A stretch of DNA of 63,571 bases, filler included, from Collodictyon triciliatum (lineage: Eukaryota): the NCBI GenBank assembly GCA_043381765.1. It is 5 parts of 5 records of this genome, joined end to end, with 100 filler letters (N's around TTAATTAATTAA, not from the genome) between each part and the next. Parts side by side here need not be neighbours in the genome. Positions count along the whole stretch, not along the records: positions 7,338 to 20,246 come from JBHJMP010000175.1; positions 20,347 to 32,238 come from JBHJMP010000177.1; 3 more parts are not named here. One strand, written 5' to 3'. Positions 11,383 to 23,400 of the stretch are shown here, piece by piece; the first letter of the stretch is position 1; each line of letters opens with the position of its first letter. The translations under genes and the position numbers were made by a program. Below the pieces are notes generated by a model. It ran no database searches. It was not told the origin of the DNA and saw nothing but the letters and a program-made list of their open reading frames with translations.

Positions 11383-14300
11383 TTAGCGGCGGGCAAATAG
11401 GAACTGCTTTGTAGCCGATGAAGGAGCGCCGAATATATCTGATGTGAGTTTGCATAAATCGTTTATATTTCTTTTTAATTCCGCAATATGTGTTGTTTGT
11501 TGTCGTAACTTGAACATGGCTTTGATGAAATCCACAACACGAGACTTCAAGGAGAAAGAAAAAAGATTGGGCCAGAATATACCATTCAAGTCGACAGAGG
11601 CAGGAGTATACTCCTTTTTGAAGATTTCGTCGGCATCTCTGCTTTCTGAAGAGACTGTCCGGATGATTTCAGGAGATGAAGCCCACCTATCGATTGATCA
11701 GTATGATTGAAATGAAGTTAAAGAGGGAGAAAAAAAAAAGCGTGGCCCATTGAAATACATTATCTCAGCAAGAAGTCGTGCTTCAAAGTCACACACAAGA
11801 CTATTAGGGTTCCCATCGATATGATTGACTCTTCTTGAGTCGTTTTTGAATAGATAGATGCGCATTTCGTATTGACATTGAACAAACTTGTTGGCCAAAG
11901 AAAAAAAAACAAGCAAACCTTGGGATTCTGTGCCTAATTCTTTCGGAGTCGCTTTCATATAGAAGAAAAGAATGATGAGATAAAGAATATGGATGTTATC
12001 AAACATATTTACGAGGACAGGATTGGGATTGTGCTGTATAGGGGAATATCGGACTTTATGTTTGATTCCATGGTGTACTCATTGGTGTTATGAATAAAAT
12101 TAGGTTGATGTTTTAACAGTATTTCTTACTCCCCGTAGTTGGAAATAGGATACTGATAATCAGTCTGGAGTTGAGGCATTACAAATCTATTGGGAACGTA
12201 AGGTTAATTAATTCGCTCATGAATATATATAAAAAAAATATTTCAGTAAGTCACAATGCGTTGCCTTGGCGAGTGGTACTGTTATTGTATTGCTAAGAGT
12301 AAACTGTTGTATCAGATACGTAGATACAGCAACAGTTTCTTGAGTGTTCGTCATCGGAGGATTTTGAGGTGAGTGTATTAAAAAAAAAGTTGTCTTTCAT
12401 CAAACCGTACTGAGAAGTAACTGGGGGCAAAAATGTGTTCACGGGTGTGGATGTCGTAGACTTGCTGGGCGATTGACTGCTGTTCGGCTGTGTAGAATTG
12501 GCGCTGGAGACCACCATTTGAGAAGACATAGGGACACCCACAGCTTCGTTCACAGTTTTTTCCTCTGTCTCCTCAAGCAGGGGTTTAATAGGCAGCTGGG
12601 GTGGTGGTCTTTGGGGCGGTAAGTGCTGTGGTGGGGGGCGCTGAGGAGGTGGGTATTGGGGTGGCTGCTTTGGGGGTGGATGATTGTAAAGTAGCGGGTT
12701 CGGAGGTGGTGGATATTGGGGTGGTGGGTTATGCGGCAGTTGCTTTTGAGTAAAGGCATTCTGTGGTTGTGGATTGGACTGTATTTGGTGGTTGGGTGAT
12801 GCGTCTCCCTTTGCTTCCATGACCTGACTCTCTTCATCCGGATTACTTTCTTCCATTACTGTTGTGAGCATTGATTCATTTGACGAAGGAAGAAGATTAC
12901 CCAGCGGCTCCTTTTTTTTGAAAAATAAAAATAAATAGAGAAATCACTAGAATATGTTAAAAGATGCGTACAAATTCTTTGTTTGTTTGTTTGTTTGTTT
13001 GTTTGTTTGTTTGTTTGTTTGTTTGTTTGTTTGTTTGTTTGTTTGTTTGTTTGTTTGTTTGTTTGTTTGTTTNNNNNNNNNNNNNNNNNNNNNNNNNNNN
13101 NNNNNNNNNNNNNNNNNNNNNNNNNNNNNNNNNNNNNNNNNNNNNNNNNNNNNNNNNNNNNNNNNNNNNNNNTGTTTGTTTGTTTGTTTGTTTGTTTGTT
13201 TGTTTGTTTGTTTGTTTGTTTGTTTGTTTGTTTGTTTGTTTGTTTGTTTGTTTGTTTGTTTGTTTGTTTTATTAAGGCTGGGTAATCATAGTACTACTAT
13301 GTAGATATATCAATAGCTGCATACAGCCAGGGCTTCAAAGAAAATAATGAAAAGAAGCTGTAATGACTGCCGTCAAAGTTGCTTTTTTCGAAATAAAACA
13401 ATAAAAAGTGTTACATACCACAATATCGGCCTCCCTAACGCCTGACAAATCTTTCCTCGCAGCATTCCTCCTTTTCTGATGGGAGTCAGACATGTCCTTC
13501 AACATTCGCTTTCTTTCTTCGATTTCTTTGCCTACTTTTAGCTTTGCTCCCTCTAGCTTACTTTCTGAACTACCCTTTTCAGTATCTATTCTTTTCAAAG
13601 CATCCATAATATGCGTGTATTTTTTCCCTAGGCTTGAATTGGCTCCTTCATTCTGTGTCACTGTCATTCCTTGCTTATATTGCTCTCGTAGTTCTTTGAT
13701 TATGTCCTCATCAATCGACCTGTCTAAATTTGGGCGATGCAGCCGTAGTCTCTTCTCAGACATTTGACCAGGAAGCGAATCGGGTTCAGATATTAATCCT
13801 TTGAAATCATCCAGTCCAGTTAAACTCACATTCTGTTGTGTGCTCTATCGTTCATACACAAGATTTAAAATCAAGCATTAGTGATATTCCACTTGAAAAA
13901 CAGTGAGACCAAAAAAATATTATTCTATTATTTATGAAATGTGATTCAATATACATGAGATAGTTTAGATGTGGCATACCTTGCCTGTGATTGATGGTTT
14001 TGAGAAGGCGAAAGACTGCGACAAGCTTCTAGGCTGTGGATTATCGACAGTGTTTGGGGGGTTGTAAGTTGTAGTATTTTCGTCGATATGGCTGTCTTGG
14101 GAATCATTCGATCTCTGCAGATGAGATTATTATCGATGATGAACTGTTAAATAAAAAGACCAAAAAAAATTCAAATGTAGAAAAAGGAAGAATTGTATAA
14201 AAATCGAATGAATTTATTAATTTTACATGATTTAGAAGAGATGTGTTCGTTTGTGATTCAATTGAAGAATCATTCTCGACAGCACCACTCGAATTCGTTG

Positions 14301-17300
14301 CTACCTCGATGACCCTCTCATTTGATATTTTCTGATAGGATTTTGCATTTGGTGAATACCCTGCATCCAGGGTCGCTTCATTATCCTCTGACATGCCAGT
14401 TGTGTGTGTGGTGGTATCCGTGGGTAATGTAGAATAGGTTGAAGGATGTGGAGCGTGATGAGGGTCCTCTCCATCTGAATTAGACGTCTTGCCCGACTTT
14501 CTAGATGCCTCAAACTCTAGTGATGTCTGGGGCGATGCATTCGAATTCAGCCCGATACTATCATTATTGACAGCCTCAATCATGATGCTGATGGCGTCTT
14601 CGCACAGAATGCTTTCTTCTGAAACTTGAGGGGCACATTTCTCTGGATAAGGTAGTCTATTAGTTGGGTGTTGGTCATGAAAATATGGTGAATCCTTCTC
14701 AGATTGCATGTAAGACTGAAAACGCCTCGGAGTTGCATGTATCCTTTTCGTGGCCTCTGCGGCTACAAGATTCTCAAAGTTTATTCCTTTCGGGTTGTCA
14801 GCAAAGTCATCGTTTGGCAGAAAAGGGCCACCGACGCCTCGTGATAGCCGCCCTTTTTCTCCAATAAACTCTGGTTCTATCCCTTCAAATATTAAACTTT
14901 TTACATCCATACTATGAGGGAAACGTTTTGTTGTCTTCGCTTTACGTCCAGTTTCAGGCGTTGAATGTTGGCTTCTATTGTCTAATTGTTCCACCTCACC
15001 ATCTTTTGCCTCGGTATCATGAGTTTCGTGGGTATATGATTCGATGTGAGATAAGGATTTGTCAGTGGGAATATTCTCTTGAGTACCATGACGAACTTTT
15101 GGGCTTGTTGAGTTATTTTCATGATAAGACACTCGCTGTTGGTGGATTTCGTGGTCGGGATGTATGACTGGCTCAGAATTGCTATGCTGGTATTCCCCTT
15201 TTTTATCATTCGCGTCTGAATGAGTATCAGTGTAAGGTAATGAGACTTGCCCTGCTTCTTGAGCCAAGCTACTTGAGGCATCGCACAAGTTCTCCCTAAC
15301 TTGTTCATTTGCATCAGAAGGAGCTGAGTGCCTCTTTTCTTTAGTGGTATTTTTGGTGAGGCCTTCTTCAATGGAGTCGTCACCATTATCGATGTTTTCA
15401 ACTGTTCTATTGCCACGGCCTGCTTTTTGAGTTGTTTTCTTTCTGCGACTCGAGGCTGCACGACGTCGACCTCTCCCGCGGGTGCGACCTTTTCCACGGC
15501 CCCGTGAAGTGCCCGCTCCTTTCCCGTGCGCTTTATCGACCTCCTGTGATGACTCTGTTGCGCTTAATGACGAAGCTGGGGCGTCATCTTCGCTCGGAGC
15601 TGTCTCTTCCATTCCAATTTCTTTGTCTCTAGATTCTCCTTCTGCGAGTTCTCTCTCCATCGCTGATTGAAGAAGGATGTTGGATTCAAGCTTCTCAGTA
15701 TCTACCACAGTCTTTTCCGTTACACATGACAGGGTTTGGACGGGTTTGATACTTGCCTCCGAGGTGGGCTGAATAGCAGCAGGGGCTATTTCCAATGGTG
15801 CGTTGCTTACGGGTATACCGACAGGCTCATATGTAAGCTCCATTGACAGCTCCGCCTTCTTGCGCCCACGGGTGACTCTCCCGCCTCGGCCTTTGCCTGC
15901 CGTTGAATCAGTGGTGGCTGTGTTTGTGTCTGGAGTGGCACGTTTGGTTTCTGCCACCACTATGTTTTCAATCGCAGGCAAAAGTGATGCGGAGGCGACT
16001 GATGAGTCCAGCATGTTGGCCAATAACATCTCCTGGGACCGGTTCAAAGCAGCCGCACGTCGGCGGGTTTTGACTCCTTCCGAGGGCTGTGCGATGGAGA
16101 GGTTGAGGGTTTCGCCAAAGGATGACATATTTGGCATGAATGACATGTTCGTTATATTGACGGCCGTGATGTTTGAGATGGTTGAGATGTTTGACAGGTT
16201 GGGGTCGGGGCAAGCGAGGAAGTTGACTGAGGATTCATTCATGGTTGAGTTCATCCATTCCATATTTGATGTTGGCGGGGCTGCTTTGCGGCCTCGGCCC
16301 CGTGTTGGTCTTTTTGGGGATGTTGGGAATTCGATCGATGTCGCCAAGGCGAGACTTTGGTTGACTTGACCTGGAGCGAAAAGGCAATTGTGTATTTTTA
16401 AGTTCTTTTAATACCGTGAAATATCATGGACTGAAATATCTTTAGTATACTTCATGGGTTGCGTTGAAAAACAACGCATGGGGGGAAAAATATTATTTAT
16501 GTGAACAGGAAAGTTGTAATCATAAGTGTATGGTTTACTTGCCTTTGTTGGCATTAGAGCGGGTTGATCTTGGGGCAGGGACGGCCCAGTTCTCGTTTAT
16601 TGCATTTTCTTTGTTGTCAACCTGTGTCGGTATTAAACATGCATTATTTTTAATTAGTTCACAGTCATTCTGGTTCGTCATAAAAAGTTAAAAAGGAACT
16701 GAAAGGACATGTAGCGAAATAATCGATTGCATTAAGGGGTAAAAAAGAAGGAAAGAAAGAATGAATGAAATGTGAAAAGTGAGGAACCCCGAGTGCCGTA
16801 TGTAGGCTGTGTTTATGATATGGTGTGGAAGTTTTGTGCTGACCTTTGGGGCTGATGCCTTCCCTCGTCGGGTAGACCGAGTAGTATTTTGAACAGAGTC
16901 ATTTAGGGATGTCGAGGATTTGTTGTAACTGTAAGGGTTAATATATAATTAGACGAGTTCACATCAGGTACTCGGTGGACGTGCCAACCATTCTGAAGCC
17001 GTATTTTCGTTATGTAATTGGGTTGAGACGTCATAATAAGAAAGAAAGAATTGAGAAAGAAAAGAAGAAACGATGATATTATGTACCAAACCCCAACTGT
17101 CATTAAAAGAGAAAAAATCGCTGTGAAGATTACAGAGAGGAAGGATATCAAAGCAAAGGAAATATATACATATGCAAATAACGATAAATGCAAGTGAACC
17201 TTTTCATCTGCTTGGACAACTCGGCTCCCTTCATGAGAATCGCCTGCACCTCCGTCTGAAAGTTGTCCTCCAACTCACTGCAGAGTTGCTCGGACGCAGT

Positions 17301-17360
17301 CCTGAGGAATTGGACCACAGAGCCAAGGTTAGGCAACGATTCCGCGGCTCGTTCTGACAT
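11383..17360 (-). CDS. INCENP: Inner centromere protein (chromosomal passenger complex scaffold) with C-terminal Aurora-binding IN-box
   Basis: N-terminal helical exon (17198-17360), long disordered exon (14230-16370), coiled-coil exon (~13420-13845). Spliced C-terminus YPISNYGD..SDSERIRHRIPRWASSPEIIRTVSSESRDADEIFKKEYTPASVDLNDIFG matches the IN-box pattern (IPxWA...DpdeIF...LedIF). Confidence 0.75.
12978..13268. repeat. (TTTG)n microsatellite spanning a gap, intronic
   Basis: Direct tandem repeat. Confidence 0.95.
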
Positions 17361-17917
17361 GGCTCCTGATTCTGCAAAGTCTAAATCAGAAGAGTGTTCC
17401 TTTTTCCTCTTCTTGATTCTTTCTGCTTCTGATTTGGTTGAAGTAAGGGATGTTTGAGAGGAATAGCGAATAGAGCGGCGACCAAAACCGACAAGAAAAA
17501 AGCTACTGCTTTATAGAACCAAAGAGGAGTGAAAATAATAATAAAAAAAATGTTATGTACGAGAGAGAAAAAAAAACGTAGAAGGTAAAGCGACTGAAGC
17601 AAGTGAGGGCCTGCCCCATTGTTTCATGAAAGGCTCTGTATCAATGTCTGAGCCTCTCTTTCTCTATCTTTTCAGGTGCTATTTCTTGTGTTTTACCGAT
17701 TCTTGTGCGAGGCAGAACACGACGTAAGACATAACAAAAAAAGGAAAAATGGAAAAATGGAAATGGAGTTGTCGAAGTTTTCGTTGCTTATGTTAAAGTA
17801 TTCAAATATAGTGTAATGGCTTTGCTGAAACATGAGTGCGCAATTCTTCCAGACAAACTTGTTTTCACTCATACAGGCCGGCCGAGTGACAACCCAGTGT
17901 TGCGGTCAAACTTTGCG

Positions 17918-18012
17918 CTTTCGAATCGTGGCTGATTGGATCACACGGCAAGACCAGCAGAACTCAACCCGGTGGCTTTGAATGTTTGAATTCATATTTT
18001 TGAATTTTTGAA
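17918..18012. promoter_or_regulatory. Candidate cell-cycle promoter: CCAAT box plus a cluster of CHR-like TTYGAA sites upstream of INCENP
   Basis: ctgattgg (inverted CCAAT) at ~17932; TTTGAA at 17977, 17985, 17999 and 18007; TTCGAA at ~17920. Lies in the divergent INCENP / CIMIP1-like intergenic region. Confidence 0.4.
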
Positions 18013-18318
18013 AATATGTCCCATTTTTTTCTTTTTTTAAATGAAAGAGTCCTTGAAAGGAAATTGGAGGAAATTAGGAAAGAGCACCATCTGAAGTCCA
18101 TAGGCTGTATATAGAATTATATCTATATAAAATACATATACCATAATAGTGATAATCTAGTGAATGTTCTTCAGTTACTTTATCTCCAGATTTGGGCTCG
18201 AGTGTGTGGATGATCAAGCAAGATCAATCAGGATCAAGCAAATCAGACAAAGAAAAATCAACCAAGCAGCAAAGGAAGTAGGTAAGAAGACAAGGGCTCT
18301 GCAAAGGAGGCACGAAAG

Positions 18319-19515
18319 ATGGTGAGTCGCGTGTTCATCAGTGTATCACAACCATTGAATCGAATAAAGGAAAAAATCAATGTGTCACAAAGAAAGCGTC
18401 TCTATGGCCCTCAGAGGCCTTACCTGCCACAACAGAGTCAAACTAACTCGCTCCTCAACCACCCCGAATCCAGTCGAAACCACGGTCAGCAGCCGACAAA
18501 CTCCCCATGGGCCAAAAAGAAGGCAAAAACTATGTATGGGCTGGCAAGCCTTCACTAATCTTTCCTTGTATATGGCCGCTAGTGCGCACATATTTTACGC
18601 AACGTGGCGACGGATGTTTATTTTGTTAAGCCTGAAAAATTGCCAAAGAAGTTCCCATGCGCCTTAACTTTAACCTGATTTATTTTTGTTTTCCTAACTT
18701 CATTGTCAGGTTCATGAGGACCGCATCCACGAGGTGGCTGTCAAATATGAGATGGAGAAGGCGAAGGTATGGGAGCGTGACTGGGGATTTCTACACGAGG
18801 AATATGTAAGGATAATATCTCCCCTTTACGATTCCTTTTTATAGCTTCATTCTTCTTTCAGTATTTCCTTCTACCTCTTTTTCTTTTTCTTTTCCTTTTC
18901 CTTTTCCTTTTTTCTTTTCCTTTTTTCTTTTCCTTTTTTCTTTTCTTTGTCTTTATCTTTTTTCTTTTTGGTATTTTTTTTTTGGCCATTCTTTGTTTGG
19001 GTATGATAGTATCTGAACCATCCTCCATCTTGGCATGCTGAGAACTCTTCCACCAAACTGAGAAGCAGACTAACTCCCCTTCATTCTGTGCATGCTTCCT
19101 TGGTAAACGGAAGGACTTTTTACACAGTGATAATGTTGCTCGAATAGGGTGGTGCTGCTCCAAAGAAGACTCACGACGAATACACCGAGGAGGAGCTGAA
19201 GAAAATGAAGAGCGCTACTTATGTAAAGGAGGTTTGTATTGGGGATTGTCTAAGTTCTTGACTGTTGGCATAAACTTTCCACGCCTTTTTTATGCTAATT
19301 CGAACTGTTGTTTTGATTTTTTCCTGATAAATACATCCCTTGCCTTCTTTTTCTTTTTTTTATCACAGTCTGAAAAAATCGGCAAGCTTCCTGCGCAAGG
19401 TGTCAGTCTTGAGGTCTTCCCAAACACAGAGCACCGTCGAAAAAAGATGGACTTATACAACGACCGCTTCGACGTCGAGTTTGACCGCCAGCGAAACGCA
19501 AAGTCAAGCAACTGA
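18319..19515 (+). CDS. CIMIP1/C20orf85 (LLC1 family)-like ciliary microtubule inner protein
   Basis: Four in-phase exons (18319-18321, 18710-18805, 19148-19231, 19369-19515) give MVHEDRIHEVAVKYEMEKAKVWERDWGFLHEEY...SATYVKESEKIGKL...SLE. The V-x-x-D-x-I...E...W-x-x-x-WGFL pattern is characteristic of this family. Confidence 0.65.
18352..18375 (+). mobile_element. Family A mini retro-insertion (24 bp) in intron 1
   Basis: Insert ccattgaatcgaataaaggaaaaa between atcagtgtatcacaa (18337-18351) and atcaatgtgtcacaa (18376-18390). Confidence 0.75.
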
Positions 19516-20028
19516 GTCACTCAAAAACGCAATATCAGCAACCATTTCTCGATGGATGCGTATGTGCTACCCTTACATACTCCCTCACAAAATGCCAGAC
19601 TGCCGAACATCTTTCAACACAACCCTCCGTTCTGGTCTATGTCTGATGTTCTGTGTGTAAAAGCGTCGAATGTATAAAGACGAGAGCGTACTGAAAGGAG
19701 GATGCTCCTTGCTCTGATACTCTGTTGTTGTTGCTTCTTAAGGCTGATAAGAAAAGCAGAACGAAGCCCACAACTTTTTTTTGTTTTTTTGCGTATGAGT
19801 TGCCTCTACTCTGAATCGCTATTCTGCTCGATTTTCTGTACTCTTTTTCTCTTCTCTTTTTTTTTGGGGAGTACTGTAATAACTTGCTAGAGAAAGAAAG
19901 AAAAAATCATGGTCTTAAGCAAAAAGACCCTTATGAGGGACACTACCGGGCCTGAGGTTGTATTATTTGTTGTGACTGAAGAGCAATTCTAACAAATCGC
20001 CTCGTCGCAATCCAGAGTCACGAAGCAG

Positions 20029-20130
20029 ATGGCCACAGCAGGTTCCAAGTTTGCCTTCGGTGTCGGTCTGGCCAGCATATGCGGAGGAGTGTATGCTGGA
20101 TGGTCGACTCAACAGGACATAAAGCAACAG
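20029..20130 (+). CDS. First exon with a hydrophobic helix; probably exon 1 of the GH3/GHDC gene on the last contig (alternative: Pet117-like)
   Basis: MATAGSKFAFGVGLASICGGVYAGWSTQQDIKQQ, then a phase-0 GC donor (cag|gcatgc) and (TTTTATGTGTC)n to the contig end. Confidence 0.55.
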
Positions 20131-20146
20131 GCATGCTGTTTCACGT

Positions 20147-20246
20147 TTTTATGTGTCTTTTATGTGTCTTTTATGTGTCTTTTATGTGTCTTTTATGTGT
20201 CTTTTATGTGTCTTTTATGTGTCTTTTATGTGTCTTTTATGTGTCT
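20147..20246. repeat. (TTTTATGTGTC)n 11-mer tandem repeat at a contig end
   Basis: Same unit as the reverse complement of 63479-63571. Confidence 0.95.
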
Positions 20247-20346
20247 NNNNNNNNNNNNNNNNNNNNNNNNNNNNNNNNNNNNNNNNNNNNTTAATTAATT
20301 AANNNNNNNNNNNNNNNNNNNNNNNNNNNNNNNNNNNNNNNNNNNN
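20247..20346. other. Artificial contig linker
   Basis: TTAATTAATTAA at 20291-20302 within N. Confidence 0.95.
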
Positions 20347-20402
20347 TTTTTTTTTGTCTCCCCCACACACTTTTTTTTTTTTTTTTTTTTTAATTCTCCC
20401 CT

Positions 20403-20442
<40 letters not shown>

Positions 20443-20455
20443 AAATAATAATCAG

Positions 20456-23400
20456 GTTGCTTCATCAAACTCACGGAATCTTTACCAGGCATTCCAATTC
20501 GTTGTGAATAGCCAGATTATCCAATGGAAGTGTTTTGAAGTAGCCAAAGGCAGTTTAACAGATTACTCAAGGTATACATCTCAGGAATAGTTCCGAAGCT
20601 CATTTACATTATTATATTTCGCTTGTTGATTTTTTCTATTCTGATTTTCTGATTCCTTTTTTTTTTTTCTTCTCCCCTTTCCTCTGTCCCTCAATATTCT
20701 CTTCCAGATAATCGAATTTAACATGATATGCTTAAACACTCATCCATACCTATATTTTCATTATTTTGTGCCGAAAGGTCTGTTTTTTTGGTCATGGATA
20801 AATTTACTGCTGATATGGATACACAACTCTCTAAACATGGTGAGCTGTGTGCAAATTTTGAAGAATACATGCACAAGGTGATGAGCATTTATATCAAATA
20901 AATGATTTGTTTACGTGTGCACCAGATACTCAATCATACTTCTCTGTCTTACTTTTTTCCTTTCAATATTTTCTACACACAGCTTGGATTCTTTTGGCCT
21001 CAACCATCTCGAATTGATCATTGCTCCAACTTTTACGTCTATAGCTCTCCAGAATCTCAATCCAGCCTGTTCTCCAGACTCCCGACAAGAAAATGTTAAT
21101 AGACGTTGTTCCCGAAGGAAAACTTCGGAAATGGGCCGATGAATGCCGTCTATCATATGGTCATCCCACAATCCCTCCAATTTAATATGTCTTTAATCTA
21201 TCTATTTTATTTTTCCATGTAGAGAAAAGTTATCTAGAATTGTTTCTGCTTTCCCTTAGAAAGATACTGTCCAGGTACATGTGATGCATTTAAATATTCA
21301 TGTGTCTTTTTATATCGCAATTTTCTTACAGATATGTTTCTTGGACGCAAGTCAGAGTTGCACAAGTATATAAATACGCTTAGAGATGTAGTGGAAGGTG
21401 AAATCAGGTCTCCACCGCCGGTCGAGTAAGAATTTCAATTTTTTTTTTATTTTGAAAAACGTGATATTTTGATTATTATTATTATTATTTTTTTTTTTTT
21501 ACCTATTCATAATATTCGGATAAACTTAAATGAAACAACCTTTTTAAAGAAGTGTGGTTTACAATATTTCTCCAAAATAAATATTTATCCTTCATTTGCC
21601 CGTAATTTTATCTCAATATTTTTTCCTTTTTCTTCTTTGTATATTTTAATGACATGATACACTTGAATAGTTTTGCACAGCTTACAGACTACATACAATC
21701 AGCGGAGAGACTAGTTCGAGATATTGAAGAGCGGTCAAATAAACTGACTCAAGGTATCAATAGCGCATATTAGTGCATATCCTTTGGAAACTTAATCATT
21801 TCTCCACTGCAAACAAACCCCTCAGGAAAGAGCAATATTTTCATTTTTTTTAAATTACAGACTATAACCGTTTTCTGGCAGATGAAGGTAGGCAAACAGG
21901 CATTTCTCAAATAGACTTTGAACAGGTTAATTAGATTACCTATACTTTTTTTCTTTTTCTTTCATCGAAGTTCCAAATTTTTCTTTTTAATTTTTCAATA
22001 AACATCCAATTATTTTTTCATCTCAAATATTTGTCAATTAAGACTTTTTCCCCTTTTCATGTATTAATCGTGTTGATATGGTGTAATGACACTGGTGCAA
22101 ATAATAGATCGATCGATTCCACACAAGTGTTATCATTCCTGAAATCTTGACGAGAGAAAATGAACTCAAAAAGGTTTCTGCTAAATGCATTGAATGCAAG
22201 GTAAATACCATCCGCGCCTTAATTGAACCAAACTAATTATGTTTACATTTCCTTTTCCTTTTCCTTTTTTTTTTTTTTTATTCCATGTCTTTTTTTTTTC
22301 TTCTGATGGGCATGGCTTAGTGATTGTTCTCAAAAATAAATACAAGTCATATATGTTGTTTCCACTTTATTAAAAGCCGCTTGAAATAGAATTATGTCGC
22401 AGATTATGTAAGGGAGCATCTCCCATACATCGGCAAGTATCAAGCAGAACTCAGAGACCTAAAAATCAATCGGATGGTTCTATTTCATGAAGCCCTTGCG
22501 CGTCAGAACTCTGCATTTTCTGAACTATCCCTGGTGAAGAGGCTACCGGGTATTTTGCTCCATTTCTTTCTAGATTAAACCGACATTATTGTTTTAGTGT
22601 GATATTTTGGGATGCAATTAAAATCTTTTTGAAACTAGAATGAAGGGATATTTAATACTAACATACAATTCATATTGTTCACAAAGTTATTTACCACCTC
22701 GCCATCATGGAGGTGGTTCGCCGAAGAGAGTACAGCAGAGATTTGATTATCATGTTGTCTCGTATTACCGATTATTTGGCGAGAATAAAAGACGAAGAAT
22801 CTATGCTCAGAGATAAGTACTTCTTTCAATCTCATTTTTCCCTCATTTTTTTTTTTGCATCAATGTCACAGCACAGAGAGGGTCAAATTATGAGACCTCA
22901 CAGTTGTCACTCACAATTCAAATGACCGAAAACAATTCTAACTTTTTTCAATTACTTTAGTTTTGGGAAGCGTTACTATTCCGCCATCAGAGCTTTTCTC
23001 CCATCCTTGATGGGTGCCCCACCTTCAGTAGATGTAAAATTCAATCAGAGTGCGTTCGATATGGAGCTGCCTAAAGTATGCTGCCCATTATTTGTTTTAA
23101 AACTTTACTTTCTGATATGAGACTAAGATTCATGAGTAGTACTGAAATTCTAACACTGTGATGTTTAAACTTAAGATCGACCGAGGTGACATCGACCCAG
23201 AGACAGAAAATGCGATAAGGAACGAATTCGGACAGGATGTCTTGGATTTTTACGGTACTTTGAGTCGAGAGATAGCAATTTGATTGAAAAAAATGGTTCC
23301 ATAATAAGTTTAATGGGGTTGTAATGTTGCATATCACTTTTTTTATTTATAATTTTTTTTTTTATCACTCGTTAAATTAGGAAAGGACCGGCTAAGACTT

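Noticed and set aside
20029-20130. Pet117 call for the contig-end exon
   Set aside because: The resemblance is real but short; the matching 11-mer and phase-compatible join to the GH3 gene explain it better. Kept only as an alternative.
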